DNA from: Microbacterium sp.
Lineage (GTDB): Bacteria > Actinomycetota > Actinomycetes > Actinomycetales > Microbacteriaceae
Assembly (NCBI RefSeq): GCF_052102115.1
Contig: NZ_JBQDVP010000007.1
Coordinates: forward strand, 1,605-65,604
Length of the DNA: 64,000 bases
Reading direction: 5' to 3'
Numbering within the stretch: position 1 is the stretch's first letter; every line of letters starts with the position of its first letter. Shown here piece after piece: positions 18,519 through 29,306 of the stretch. A program made the position numbers and the translations under genes. The notes under the pieces are model-generated. The model worked only from the letters and a program-made list of their open reading frames with translations. It was not told where the DNA came from and ran no database searches.

Positions 18519-18833
18519 TCAAGCGTGCGGGCGCGGCTCGATGCCGAGCCTCCCACAGGCCGCGTCATACAGCGCGACGACCTCGCGCCGCACCGCCGGA
18601 CGCTCGTCGATCGGGCCACCCGGCCACGGCACGCGCAGCTCCTCCGCGATGCCCGCGCGGGTGATCTGCCAGACGCCGCCGTCCCCGTCGAGGTCGGTCA
18701 TCACAGCATCCGTGATGGGCAGATCGGATGCCGTGGCGAACGCACGAGCAATGAGCAGGTTGTCGTCGACGTGGTCGTCATTCATGTGGTGGAGGATGGC
18801 CGCGACAACGTCGCTGTCGAAGATGTGGGGCAT
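18519..18833 (-). CDS. Stand-alone DUF2470 domain protein
   Basis: AILHHMNDDH...MTDLDGDG...RVPW...VRREVVAL pattern of DUF2470. Confidence 0.75.
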   Translation of the reverse strand: MPHIFDSDVVAAILHHMNDDHVDDNLLIARAFATASDLPITDAVMTDLDGDGGVWQITRAGIAEELRVPWPGGPIDERPAVRREVVALYDAACGRLGIEPRPHA

Positions 18834-18933
18834 GGTCTTTACTGTACGTCTGCCCGAAGCGGATCGAAGCACACGGTGTTTCGAGCGGAGCACCTTAGAA
18901 TCGGTGAGACCGATCACGCCGGGAGTCTTCTAC

Positions 18934-20217
18934 ATGCATCTTGTCTCGTCACGCCGTCTGCGCGCCGCCGCAGCGGGCGCCGTCGCGCTCGCCCTCGTGC
19001 TGACCGGGTGCTCATCGGATGGTTCATTCTCATATACCGCACCGGATCAGGTGGAGCAGGCGCTCCCGGAGGAGACGGCGGCTCAGCTTCAGGAATCCGT
19101 CGAGAACGCGATGGCCAAGACGGGTGCGACCGGTGCGATCGTCGGTGTCTGGGTGCCGTGGAGCGGTACCTGGGTGACCGGACTCGGCACGCAATCGGTG
19201 GAGGATCAGACCGCGGTCACCGCGGACATGACATTCCGGGTCGGCGATGTCACCCGCCTGATGACCTGCGACATCCTGTACGCGCTCGCCGATGACGATG
19301 TCGTCGAGCTCGACGGACCCGTGCCCGAGTACGTCTCCGGCGTCGCCCAGCTGGGCGACATCACTCTCCTGGATCTGTGCAACGGCACCGCCGGCATCGG
19401 ATCGTCCGAATCTGCAGTGCGCGGCGCCTGGGCCAACACTCCGAAGCGCGTGTGGGCACCGCTCGAACTGGCATCCTTCGGGCTGGGGCAGGACCGGACC
19501 GAACCGCACACGACGTACCGTGACTCCGATGCGAGCTACCTGCTTCTGGGTCTCGCGCTGGAGCGCGCGTCGGGCATGACCGCATCCGAACTCGTCGAGG
19601 AGTACATCTCAGACCCGCTGGATCTGGCGGCCACGTCGCTTCCCGGACCGGCCGCGGCAGCACCGGGCGACAACCCCCTCAGCGGCAACCGTCTGAAAGC
19701 GATCGACGGCGGCTACGACTGCACGGCGCAGGCCGACACCACCGTGCTCTCCTCCAGTACGGGATTCACCGATTCGGGTGCCGTGTCGACGATCGACGAC
19801 CTCGGTGCGTTCGTGCAGGCGACGGCACGCCAGGGTCTGCGGGAGGACGGGGCCGAGCCCGATCAGTTCGGTTCGCCCCTGCCCGCGTCGTCGAAAGCGC
19901 CGACCTGGTATCAGGCGACCGGCGGTGCCCGCTTGGTCGGCCCGCTTGTGGGCCAGCATGGGTGGACGCCGGGATACTCGACAGCGGCCTACGCCGACCC
20001 CGAGACCGGCTTCGCCGTCGCGGTCGTGCTGAACAACTCCGCGACCCGGGGCAGTTCCGCGGCCTATCTCGCCTGGGAGCTCGCGGCGATCGCGTCGAAG
20101 GCACCCGTCGCCGATGGGCAGACCGCGCCGGAGTTCGGGCTTCCGTTCACCGCGGAGCAGTACCGCGCATCCATCGACGGCCTCACGGTCTGCGCCACGC
20201 CGCTGCCGGCGGAGTGA
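18934..20217 (+). CDS. Beta-lactamase/serine-hydrolase-fold lipoprotein with substituted catalytic residues
   Basis: Lipobox LTGC; FRVGDVTR stands where FRIGSxxK is expected. Confidence 0.75.
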   Translation: MHLVSSRRLRAAAAGAVALALVLTGCSSDGSFSYTAPDQVEQALPEETAAQLQESVENAMAKTGATGAIVGVWVPWSGTWVTGLGTQSVEDQTAVTADMTFRVGDVTRLMTCDILYALADDDVVELDGPVPEYVSGVAQLGDITLLDLCNGTAGIGSSESAVRGAWANTPKRVWAPLELASFGLGQDRTEPHTTYRDSDASYLLLGLALERASGMTASELVEEYISDPLDLAATSLPGPAAAAPGDNPLSGNRLKAIDGGYDCTAQADTTVLSSSTGFTDSGAVSTIDDLGAFVQATARQGLREDGAEPDQFGSPLPASSKAPTWYQATGGARLVGPLVGQHGWTPGYSTAAYADPETGFAVAVVLNNSATRGSSAAYLAWELAAIASKAPVADGQTAPEFGLPFTAEQYRASIDGLTVCATPLPAE

Positions 20218-20247
20218 GCCCGGGGGACTCGCCTCTACTCTGGGGGC

Positions 20248-21084
20248 ATGTCCCAGACGGAGAAGTCTGACCGCGTCCGCCGGATCGTCGTCGCACTGAC
20301 GGTCGCCGGATCGCTGGTCGCCGCCCTGTTCGGCTCGGGGCTGTTCGGCGGCCAGGGAATAGCGGATGCTGCGGGCGGAGCGTTCGCCGCCGATGCCACG
20401 GTGCTCGCACCGGCGGGCTTCGCCTTCGCCATCTGGTCGGTCATCTACCTGGGCCTTCTGGCGTACGCGCTCTGGCAATTCGTGCCGGCGCAGGCGGCGA
20501 AGCCGCGACATCGGGCGGTCGGCTACGGCGTCGCAGCATCCGCTCTTCTGAACGCCGTGTGGATCGTGTGCGTGCTCGCGTGGCGGATCGCGGAATCGTT
20601 CGTGATCATCGTGGTCCTGCTGGCCGTGCTGCTGGCGACGTTCGTGCGGGCCTGTCGGCGGCCACGCCGCGGCACCGTCGCCGAGGCCGTGCTCATCGAC
20701 GGGGTCATCGGTCTGTATCTCGGGTGGGTGACGGTGGCCGCGGCGGCCAACCTCGCCGCCTGGCTCGCCGACATGGGAATCGCGGCATGGGCTCAGGCGC
20801 CCGGGGTCCCCGGGACGATCACGCTCGTGGGAGCCGGGATCATCGCTGTCCTCACCGCGTGGCGCAGCGGGCGGTGGGCGCCGGGCGCAGCGACCGCCTG
20901 GGGTCTGTCCTGGATCGCGGTCGGCCGATGGGCGGGCGGGCCCGAGGCGCCCGTCGTGGCCACCACGGCCGTCGTGCTCGCGATCATCGTGCTCGTGGTC
21001 ACGGCGTGGCGATTCCGAGAGAGGCTCGCGGCGGGTCAGGGCCGCCTGCCGACGTCATCCGCGGAATCCGGACCGAACGTCTGA
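20248..21084 (+). CDS. TspO/MBR-related tryptophan-rich membrane protein
   Basis: PAGFAFAIWSVIY, LNAVWI and LYLGWVTVA motifs. Confidence 0.65.
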   Translation: MSQTEKSDRVRRIVVALTVAGSLVAALFGSGLFGGQGIADAAGGAFAADATVLAPAGFAFAIWSVIYLGLLAYALWQFVPAQAAKPRHRAVGYGVAASALLNAVWIVCVLAWRIAESFVIIVVLLAVLLATFVRACRRPRRGTVAEAVLIDGVIGLYLGWVTVAAAANLAAWLADMGIAAWAQAPGVPGTITLVGAGIIAVLTAWRSGRWAPGAATAWGLSWIAVGRWAGGPEAPVVATTAVVLAIIVLVVTAWRFRERLAAGQGRLPTSSAESGPNV

Positions 21085-21219
21085 CGCCGTCGGGACCGGT
21101 GCTCGGCGGCGCAACCGGTCGATGCCAGGGATCGACAGACCCTGGTTAGGTCTGCGGGCTCGCGCGATCCTGAACTACGTAAGCGATGCACACGTAGACA
21201 GTTCGTAGAGGAGAAGAAG

Positions 21220-21975
21220 ATGTCGGATCTGGCTGGAAAGGTCGCGGTGGTCACAGGATCGGCCCGCGGCGTCGGCAAGGCGATCGCCCAGAGGTACGCA
21301 CGCCTGGGCGCGAGCGTCGTCGTCAACTACTCGAGCGACGAGCAGAATGCGCGCCGCACCGTCGAGGAGATCGAAGCGGCCGGGGGCGACGCGATCGCCG
21401 TGCAAGCGGACATCGCGACGCCGGCGGAGATCGACAGGCTGTTCGCAACCGCGGTCGAGACGTATGGAAGCCTCGACATCGTCGTGGCCAATGCCGGTCT
21501 CGAGATCGTCGATGAACCGGTGCTCGACGCGACGGAGGAGCAGTTCGATCGGTTGTTCGCGATCAACTCCAAGGGCGCGTTCTTCACGCTGCAGAAGGCG
21601 GCGAAGCTGCTGACAGACGGCGGCCGGCTCATCAACATCGGCTCGAGTTCGACGGTGAGCCCCGTACCCGGCACCGGTCTGTACTCGTCGAGCAAGACCG
21701 CCTCGCGCCAGCTCGTACGGGTGCTCGCCCTTGAGCTGGGCCCGCGGAACATCACGGTCAACACGATTCTCCCGACCGTGATCGCCGGGGCGGGTGTGTT
21801 CACACAGGTCACCGAGGGCGACGAATTCCATCAGGTCAACGCAGGGATGCGGCCGCTCGGCGGGCGACCCGGCACTCCGGAAGATGTCGCCGACGCCGCC
21901 GAGTACCTGGCCGGCGACCTCGCCGCCTGGGTCAGCGGACAGGCGCTGCTCGTCAGCGGCGGCGCAGTCCAATAG
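21220..21975 (+). CDS. Short-chain dehydrogenase/reductase
   Basis: [13 protein letters not shown] and YSSSK motifs. Confidence 0.85.
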   Translation: MSDLAGKVAVVTGSARGVGKAIAQRYARLGASVVVNYSSDEQNARRTVEEIEAAGGDAIAVQADIATPAEIDRLFATAVETYGSLDIVVANAGLEIVDEPVLDATEEQFDRLFAINSKGAFFTLQKAAKLLTDGGRLINIGSSSTVSPVPGTGLYSSSKTASRQLVRVLALELGPRNITVNTILPTVIAGAGVFTQVTEGDEFHQVNAGMRPLGGRPGTPEDVADAAEYLAGDLAAWVSGQALLVSGGAVQ

Positions 21976-22019
21976 CATCCGCGAGAACCTTGGTCGAGTC
22001 GAGAGTCAGGAGCGAGAAG

Positions 22020-22964
22020 ATGGCACGCAAGAAGGTCGATATCAGGATCCCGGATCTGTCGGGTAGGCGCGCCGTGGTCACCGGCGCGAGCGACGGGATG
22101 AGCCTGGGCATCGCCACCCGCCTGGCCCGCGCCGGCGCCCAGGTGATCATGCCGGTCCGCAATCTCCGCAAGGGAGACACCGCGATGGCGAAGATCGTGC
22201 AGGCCGTTCCAGGGGCCGACGTGTCGCTGCGCGACCTCGATCTCTCGTCACTGGCCTCCGTCGCCGCCCTCGGCGAGACCCTGCGTGATGAGGGTGTGCC
22301 GATTCACCTCCTCATCAACAACGCCGGTGTGATGACCCCGCCCGAACGGCAGGAGACTGCCGACGGACTCGAGCTGCAGTTCGGCTCGAATCACCTCGGG
22401 CACTTCGCGCTCGTGGCGCACCTGCTGCCGCTGCTCAAGGAGGGGCGTGCACGGGTGACCTCGCAGATCAGTGTCGCGGCGGACCAGAACTCCATCAACT
22501 GGGACGACCTGAACTGGGAGCGGTCGTACAACGGCGCGCGTGCGTACAGCCAGTCCAAGATCGCGTTCGGACTGTTCGGGCTCGAGCTGGATCGACGCAG
22601 CAAGGCCAACGGCTGGGGCATCAGCAGCAACCTGTCGCATCCCGGAGTGGCTCCGACCAATCTGCTGGCAGCCCGCCCGGAACTCGGCCGTTCTCGCGAG
22701 ACGCCGCGCCGCAGGCTCATCCGCACGCTGTCCGAGCGCGGCATCCTGTTCGGCACTGTCGAGACGGCGGGCATGCCCGACCTCATGGCGGCGACCGATC
22801 CGGCGGCGAAGCCGGGCGCGCTGTACGGGCCGAGCGGCCCCGGCCACCTCGGAGGGGCGCCTGCCGAGCAGAGACTGCACTCGCGTCTGCGCGGAGCCGA
22901 AGACGCCAAGCGCATCTGGGATGTCTCGGAGCGGTTGGCTCGGGTTGAGTTCCCGGCATCCTGA
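22020..22964 (+). CDS. SDR oxidoreductase (retinol-DH/WWOX-like)
   Basis: [25 protein letters not shown] and YSQSK motifs. Confidence 0.85.
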   Translation: MARKKVDIRIPDLSGRRAVVTGASDGMSLGIATRLARAGAQVIMPVRNLRKGDTAMAKIVQAVPGADVSLRDLDLSSLASVAALGETLRDEGVPIHLLINNAGVMTPPERQETADGLELQFGSNHLGHFALVAHLLPLLKEGRARVTSQISVAADQNSINWDDLNWERSYNGARAYSQSKIAFGLFGLELDRRSKANGWGISSNLSHPGVAPTNLLAARPELGRSRETPRRRLIRTLSERGILFGTVETAGMPDLMAATDPAAKPGALYGPSGPGHLGGAPAEQRLHSRLRGAEDAKRIWDVSERLARVEFPAS

Positions 22965-23287
22965 CGCGGGGGCGGGCCCTCAGCGGTTGGCGAGTCGGTA
23001 CCACAGGCCATAGGGCGCTCGGTCTGTGTCCATAGAGGGCCAGCGCGAACCCGGCGGGTCAGATCGCCTCGCGTGATGGTGACCAACGAAGTATGCGTCG
23101 ACGCGAGTTGACGGTGACCATTCCCATGGTGTGCGCTCGCCGCGCAGATTTGGCGGTATTCTGCGTGTCAGCCTGAAGCGACCGAGGTGACTCGCGGTGA
23201 CGTCCCCTGGAGTGGTGGAGATTCCGATCGGCTGGTCTGCGTCGTAGACGTGGGTGAGCCATCGTGCGATGGTCAGTGAGAACTGTC

Positions 23288-24261
23288 GCCGCGCACCGTG
23301 GATGATGCTCGGGGCGCTCGCCGGAGGCCTCGCACTCGTCGGCCTTGCGTTCGCGGACTCTCTCGTCGGCGTGATCATCGCATGGACGCTCGTGCAGGTG
23401 AGTTACAACTTCGCCCAGGGACCTCTCTCGGCCGTCATGCCCGATCGTGTGCCGCTGAGACGTCGCGGCACGTTCGCCGCGCTCTCCGGCATCGGGCTCA
23501 TGGTCGGCGCGCTGGGCGGCCAGATCGTCGGCTCCCTGTTCTTCAACAGTCTGACGGCGGGCTACATCGTCTTCGCGATGTTCGCCCTGGTCGTCCTGGC
23601 GCTGTTCGTTGTGGCGAACCCCGACTACCCCAGCACGAAGATCGAGCCCGAGCCGTTCCGCCTCAACGAGTTCCTCCGGACGTTCTGGGTGAGCCCCCTC
23701 AAGCATCCCGACTTCTTCTGGGCGTTCACCGGGCGGCTTCTGCTGTACACCGGATACTTCCTGGTCATCGGGTATCAGCTGTTCCTCCTCACCGACTACT
23801 TCGGCGTCGAGCATCCTGAGCAGGTCATCCCGCTGCTGGGTATCCTCAGTCTCGTCGGCATTCTCATCTCGACAGTCGTCTCCGGGCCGCTCTCCGATCG
23901 GATCGGCCGGCGCAAGCCCTTCGTCTTCGCCTCCGCGCTGGTCGTGACCCTCGCGCTGCTGCTGCCGTGGATGTGGCCCGACCTCACCGCGTGGATGATC
24001 ATGACCTTCGTCGCCGGATTCGGCTTCGGCATGTTCCAAGCGGTCGACACGGCACTCATGAGCGAGGTGCTGCCCTCGGCGAAGTCGTTCGCGAAGGATC
24101 TCGGCGTCGTCAACATCGCAGCGACGCTGCCGCAGACGCTCGCGCCAGGTCTCGCCGGCGCGATCGTGCTGCTCTTCGGCTACGCCGGCCTCTTCCCCGT
24201 CGCGATCATCCTCGGCATCCTGGGAGCATTGGCGGTCTGGCCGATCAAGCCCACGCGATGA
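23288..24261 (+). pseudogene. MFS transporter, apparently 5'-truncated
   Basis: Homology starts abruptly at RRAPW (the loop after TM2). The first TMs and a credible start are missing; the remainder (SDRIGRRK, D.ALMSEVLP, DLGVVNIA) is a normal MFS. Confidence 0.6.
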
Positions 24262-24328
24262 CTCGATCCGCACCGCCGATCACGACGAGCATCTCCTGAA
24301 AACACCACTCAACACAGTAAGGAACCCG

Positions 24329-26644
24329 ATGAGCATCCCCGATGTGACGGAACTGACCCTCGAAGAGAAGGCCTCGCTCACCAGCGGCGCGAGCTTCTGG
24401 TACACCAAGCCGATCGACCGCGCGGGCGTGCCGGCGATCATGATGACCGACGGACCGCACGGCCTGCGCAAGCAGCGCGAGGGCGGCGACCACCTCGGCA
24501 TCGGCGACAGCGTGCCGGCCACGTGCTTCCCGCCGGCGGTCGGTCTCGGCTCGTCGTGGGACATCGATCTCGTGCAGCGCGTCGGCGAGGCGCTCGGCAC
24601 CGAGACGTCGATCGAGAACGTCTCGGTGCTGCTCGGTCCCGGCGTCAACATCAAGCGGTCGCCGCTGTGCGGGCGCAACTTCGAGTACCTGTCGGAGGAT
24701 CCGATCGTCTCCGGTGCGCTCGGCGCCGCCCTCGTCAAGGGGATTCAGTCCCAGGGCGTCGGCGCCTCGCTCAAGCACTTCGCCGCGAACAACCAGGAGA
24801 ACGACCGGATGCGGTCCTCGTCCGACGTCGACCCGCGACCGCTGCGCGAGATCTACCTGCGCGGCTTCCAGCGAGTCGTCGAGGACGCACAGCCCTGGAC
24901 CGTGATGTGCTCGTACAACCGCATCAACGGGGTCTATGCCTCGGAGGATCCGTGGCTGCTCACGCAGGTACTGCGCGACGAGTGGGGCTTCGAGGGCCTC
25001 GTGGTCTCGGACTGGGGTGCCGTGAACGAGCGGGTGCCTGGTCTTTCCGCCGGCATGGACCTCGAGATGCCGGCTTCCGGCGGCGTCACAGACGCGCAGA
25101 TCGTCGCAGCGGTCGAGGACGGCTCACTCGACGAGGTCGTGGTGGATGCTGCGGCCGGCCGCGTGCTCGATCTCGTGGGCAAGGCGACCGAGGGAGCAGG
25201 CCGCGCCGCAGGCCCTCTCGACGTCGACGCGCATCATGCACTCGCCCGCGAGGCGGCCGGACGTTCGATCGTGCTGCTGAAGAACGACCCCCTTCGACAG
25301 GCGCAGGGAGCGGGAGCAAAGGAGGGACCGCTGCTGCCGCTCGCGAGGGACGCGAAGCTCGCCGTCATCGGCGAGTTCGCCGAGAAGCCGCGCTACCAGG
25401 GCGCAGGGTCGTCGATGATCAATCCGACCCGCCTCGACACCGCGCTCGACGAGATCCGCGCACTCGCCACCGGCGAAGTCGCATACGCTCGCGGCTTCAG
25501 CAACGCGCTCGAGGTCGCAGCAGACGAGGTCGCTGCGCTGCGCGATGAGGCCGTGGCCGCGGCATCCGCCGCCGATGTGGCCGTCGTGTTCGTCGGACTG
25601 CCGGCGCGGCTGGAGTCCGAGGGCTACGACCGCGACGACATCGACTTGCCGGCTGCACAGCTCGACCTGCTCGATGCCGTGCTTGCCGTCAACGCGAACA
25701 CGGTTGTGGTGCTCTCGAACGGCTCGGTCGTCGCGCTGCCGTTCGCCGGGCGCGTGCCGGCGATCCTCGAGGCGTGGCTACTAGGGCAGGCCGGGGGCGG
25801 TGGCACCGCCGACGTGCTGTTCGGCGAGGTCAACCCCTCGGCGAAGCTCACCGAGACCGTTCCCGCTCGTATCGAAGACACCCCGGCGTACCTCGACTTC
25901 CCCGGTGAGTTCTCCCACACCCGCTACGGCGAGGGGCTGTTCGTCGGGTACCGCTGGTACGACGCGCGCCGCCTCGACGTCGCGTTCCCCTTCGGCCACG
26001 GCCTGTCGTATACGACGTTCTCATATGCGGATGCCTCGGCCGCTGTAGCGGCGGACGGCGACATCGAGGTGACGGTCGCCGTCACGAACACCGGCGATCG
26101 TGCGGGCCGTGAAGTCGTGCAGGTGTACACGTCGCTGCCCGGCTCGACCGTTCAACGGGCGCCGCGAGAGCTCAAGGCGTTCGCGTCGGTCGCGCTCGAG
26201 CGGGGTGAGACTCGTGCGCTCACGCTGCGGGTGCGCCGCGAAGACCTCGCGTACTGGGATATCCGCGCCGATCGTTGGGTCGTCGAAGGCGGCGAGTACA
26301 CGCTGGATGTCGCCGCATCCAGCCGCGACATCCGCTCGTCCGTCGTTGTGACGGTCGACGGCGATGCGGTCACGCTGCCGCTGTCGCGCACGTCGTCGAT
26401 GGGTGAGGTGCTGCGTCACCCGGTCGCCGGTCCCATCGTGCAGGGTCTGATAACCCAGGCGATGGGCGACTTCGATCAGAGCGCGTCGTCGATCATGCCG
26501 GAGGGCGTCGACATGTCGAAGATGATGGAGTCGTTCCCCATCGGCCGCATCGGCATGATGGGCGCGCTCAGCGGCGACGGCGAAGGGGTGAGTGTCGAGA
26601 TGATCGACGGACTCATCGCGATGGCCAACGCTCCGCAGCAGTAG
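24329..26644 (+). CDS. Glycoside hydrolase family 3 beta-glucosidase with Fn3-like C-terminus
   Basis: TDGPHGLR, KHFAANNQE, VVSDWGA nucleophile and ESEGYDR motifs. Confidence 0.92.
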   Translation: MSIPDVTELTLEEKASLTSGASFWYTKPIDRAGVPAIMMTDGPHGLRKQREGGDHLGIGDSVPATCFPPAVGLGSSWDIDLVQRVGEALGTETSIENVSVLLGPGVNIKRSPLCGRNFEYLSEDPIVSGALGAALVKGIQSQGVGASLKHFAANNQENDRMRSSSDVDPRPLREIYLRGFQRVVEDAQPWTVMCSYNRINGVYASEDPWLLTQVLRDEWGFEGLVVSDWGAVNERVPGLSAGMDLEMPASGGVTDAQIVAAVEDGSLDEVVVDAAAGRVLDLVGKATEGAGRAAGPLDVDAHHALAREAAGRSIVLLKNDPLRQAQGAGAKEGPLLPLARDAKLAVIGEFAEKPRYQGAGSSMINPTRLDTALDEIRALATGEVAYARGFSNALEVAADEVAALRDEAVAAASAADVAVVFVGLPARLESEGYDRDDIDLPAAQLDLLDAVLAVNANTVVVLSNGSVVALPFAGRVPAILEAWLLGQAGGGGTADVLFGEVNPSAKLTETVPARIEDTPAYLDFPGEFSHTRYGEGLFVGYRWYDARRLDVAFPFGHGLSYTTFSYADASAAVAADGDIEVTVAVTNTGDRAGREVVQVYTSLPGSTVQRAPRELKAFASVALERGETRALTLRVRREDLAYWDIRADRWVVEGGEYTLDVAASSRDIRSSVVVTVDGDAVTLPLSRTSSMGEVLRHPVAGPIVQGLITQAMGDFDQSASSIMPEGVDMSKMMESFPIGRIGMMGALSGDGEGVSVEMIDGLIAMANAPQQ

Positions 26645-26677
26645 GGCCTCTTGGGATGGTGCGATCGACCGGCCGTG

Positions 26678-27769
26678 CTACCTGTCGCTCGGCTCGGTCG
26701 ATCGCACCTTCGCCGTGCTGCCTCTGACGATGAAGTCCACGTGCGGCAGGTCGATCTCAGGGGTTTCGCCGCCCTCGACTGTCGCGACGAGCAGTTCGGC
26801 CGCGGCCGTGCCCCACGTCACCACGTTCTCTTTCACCGTGGTGAGGGGAGGAGAGACGAATGCGGCCAATGGCACGTCATCGAATCCGACGATCGAGAGG
26901 TCTCGGGGAACACGCACGCCACGATCGGCCGCAGCCGCCATCCCTGCGATGGCCATCAGGTCGTTGCCGTAGACGATCGCCGTCGGGGGTTCGGGCAGAT
27001 CCAGAAGCTCGTGCGTCGCGCGTGCGCCGGCTGCGCCGCTGAAATCCGCCATGGCCAGCGGTCCCGCAGGCAGCCCGAGCTCGCTCAGCGCTTGTTCCCA
27101 CGATCGACGGCGCAGTTCGGAGTGCACATAGCCGGCCGCCCCGGTCACGTGGCCGATGCGCCGGTGGCCGAGGGCGAAGAGATGCTGAACCGCTCGTCGG
27201 ATGCCGACGCCGTCATCCATGCCGATCGAGTGCGCCGTCTCGCCCGCTGCGCGCGGTGACACGACGATCGCGGAGAGCCCGAGAGACGCGAGCAGTGCGG
27301 GCCTCGGGTCGTCGATCAGCAGATCGGTGAGAAAAACGCCCTCGAGCCGTGATTCGTCGGCGAACCTCTCGTAGGCGGCCTTCTCGGCGGCGGCATCGGC
27401 CACGACCTGCAGCAGCAGCGCGTACCCGTGCCGGGAGAGCCCGGCCTCGACGCCGGCGACGAACTGCGGAAAGAACGGATCGGTACTGAGCAACTCGGGT
27501 TCGCGGCGGATCACCAGGCCCACCGTCTGCGTCCTGCGTCTCGAGAGGGCGCGCGCACGGGCGCTGGGCCTCCAGCGCAGCTCGGCGGCCGCCTGAAGGA
27601 TCCGTTCGCGCGACTCGGCGCTCACCCCCGGCCTGTTGTTGAAGACGAACGACACCGCGCTCTTGGATACTCCGGCCCTGCTGGCGACGTCACCGATCGT
27701 CGGACGGCGTCCGGCAAGGTCCGCTGGCCGCGCCTCGTGGTCGGCTGCCTCGGTTTCGGAGGGGGTCAT
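26678..27769 (-). CDS. LacI family transcriptional regulator
   Basis: TIGDVASRAGVSKSAVS HTH; ND.MA.G and SIVGFDD motifs. Confidence 0.92.
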   Translation of the reverse strand: MTPSETEAADHEARPADLAGRRPTIGDVASRAGVSKSAVSFVFNNRPGVSAESRERILQAAAELRWRPSARARALSRRRTQTVGLVIRREPELLSTDPFFPQFVAGVEAGLSRHGYALLLQVVADAAAEKAAYERFADESRLEGVFLTDLLIDDPRPALLASLGLSAIVVSPRAAGETAHSIGMDDGVGIRRAVQHLFALGHRRIGHVTGAAGYVHSELRRRSWEQALSELGLPAGPLAMADFSGAAGARATHELLDLPEPPTAIVYGNDLMAIAGMAAAADRGVRVPRDLSIVGFDDVPLAAFVSPPLTTVKENVVTWGTAAAELLVATVEGGETPEIDLPHVDFIVRGSTAKVRSTEPSDR

Positions 27770-27866
27770 CCTTTCAGCATAGCTCCGGTCTAGAAACGGT
27801 TTAGTAACGATCGGAGGCAGGTCGTTCTTTGTTCTCTTGGGTGGCGGGTGCTTGGGCGGGCTTGGC

Positions 27867-27895
27867 TTGACTCTTTAACTGAACCGGTTTAGATT
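27867..27895 (+). promoter_or_regulatory. Sigma-70-type promoter with an overlapping LacI-type operator
   Basis: TTGACT-17 nt-TAGATT. Operator CTGAACCGGTTTAG (27879-27892) sits in the spacer; a second half-related site AAACGGTTTAG is near 27794-27804. Confidence 0.7.
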
Positions 27896-27982
27896 GTCCG
27901 TGCGTCACCAGGTCGAGCTCGTGGACCCGATGCGCGCCCTGCACATTCGACCGGACACGAGTCCGAAAGGGAGTTGGACACA

Positions 27983-29287
27983 ATGAGGCGTCACACACAC
28001 ATCGCATCGCTGGCAGCGCTGGGGCTGCTCGCCGTTCCACTGGCGGCATGCAGTTCGGGCAGCACAGACGGCGGAGGGTCCGGTGAGCTCACCAGCGGCC
28101 CCATCGAGATCTGGTACTCGACGAACGAGCAGGAGATCGCCTGGGGGGAGCAGGTGGTTGAAGCCTGGAACGCCGACCACCCCGATGAGCAGGTCACCGC
28201 GCAGGCGATCCCCGCCGGAAGCTCTTCTGAGGACGTCATCGCGGCCTCGATCACCGCGGGCAACACTCCGTGCCTCGTCTTCAACACCGCGCCCTCGGCC
28301 GTGCCGGCCTTCCAGAAGCAGGGCGGCCTGGTCAACCTGTCGAAGACATTCGACGACGCCGAGGACTACATCACCTCCCGCTCCGGTGGTGCGGCCGACG
28401 GTTTCCGCAGCGCGGACGGCGACCTCTATCAGCTGCCGTGGAAGACCAACCCGTTCATGCTGTACTACAACAAGGACGTGTTCGCCGAGGCAGGACTCGA
28501 CCCCGAGAACCCCGCGCTCGAAACGTACGACGACGTGCTCGCGGCGGCCAAGGCCATCAAGGAGTCCGGTGCGGCCGACTACGCCCTGTACCCGCCGGCG
28601 ACAGCGGACTACACGAACGTCAACTTCGACTTCTACCCGTTCTTCCTCGCCAACTCCGGTGGCACGCAGCTGATCGAGGACGGGGAGGCCGCGTTCGCCG
28701 GCGAAGCCGGCCTGGAGACGCTGGAGTTCTGGCAGACCCTCTATTCCGAGGGCTACTCCTCGGCCGAGGCGTACAGCGGAGACATGTGGGCGGGTCCGTT
28801 CGCCGACGGCGTCTCCGCCATGGGAGTGGCAGGTCCATGGGGCAAGGCGCAGTTCGACGGCAAGGTGGACTACGGCGTCGTCTCCCTGCCCACCTCCGAC
28901 GGCACCGCCGCGGACGAGACCTCGACGTTCGCGGACTCGAAGAACATCGGTCTGTACAGCTCCTGCGAGAACCAGCAGACCGCATGGGACTTCCTGAAGT
29001 TCGCCACGAACGACGACAACGACCTCGCCCTGCTCGAGGGCACGGGTCAGTTCCCCACGCGCACCGACGTCGACGAACTGGCGGCGGACTTCCTGGCGTC
29101 CGAGCCGTTCTTCGAACCGTTCTCCACCGGAGTCCCCCTCGCCGTGGACGTCCCGACGGTGGGCGGTCTCGCCGAGAAGCTGCAGGTGTTCCGTGACGCC
29201 TGGAGTCAGAACGTCCAGTCGGGATCAGGTGATCTGAAGGCGGCCTTCGAAGAGGCCGCGCAGTCAGTCGACGCGATCGCAGACTGA
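27983..29287 (+). CDS. Sugar ABC transporter substrate-binding lipoprotein
   Basis: Lipobox LAAC; YQLPW...LYYNKD motif. Confidence 0.9.
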   Translation: MRRHTHIASLAALGLLAVPLAACSSGSTDGGGSGELTSGPIEIWYSTNEQEIAWGEQVVEAWNADHPDEQVTAQAIPAGSSSEDVIAASITAGNTPCLVFNTAPSAVPAFQKQGGLVNLSKTFDDAEDYITSRSGGAADGFRSADGDLYQLPWKTNPFMLYYNKDVFAEAGLDPENPALETYDDVLAAAKAIKESGAADYALYPPATADYTNVNFDFYPFFLANSGGTQLIEDGEAAFAGEAGLETLEFWQTLYSEGYSSAEAYSGDMWAGPFADGVSAMGVAGPWGKAQFDGKVDYGVVSLPTSDGTAADETSTFADSKNIGLYSSCENQQTAWDFLKFATNDDNDLALLEGTGQFPTRTDVDELAADFLASEPFFEPFSTGVPLAVDVPTVGGLAEKLQVFRDAWSQNVQSGSGDLKAAFEEAAQSVDAIAD

Positions 29288-29306
29288 CGAGCCGAGGAGA
29301 TACGAG

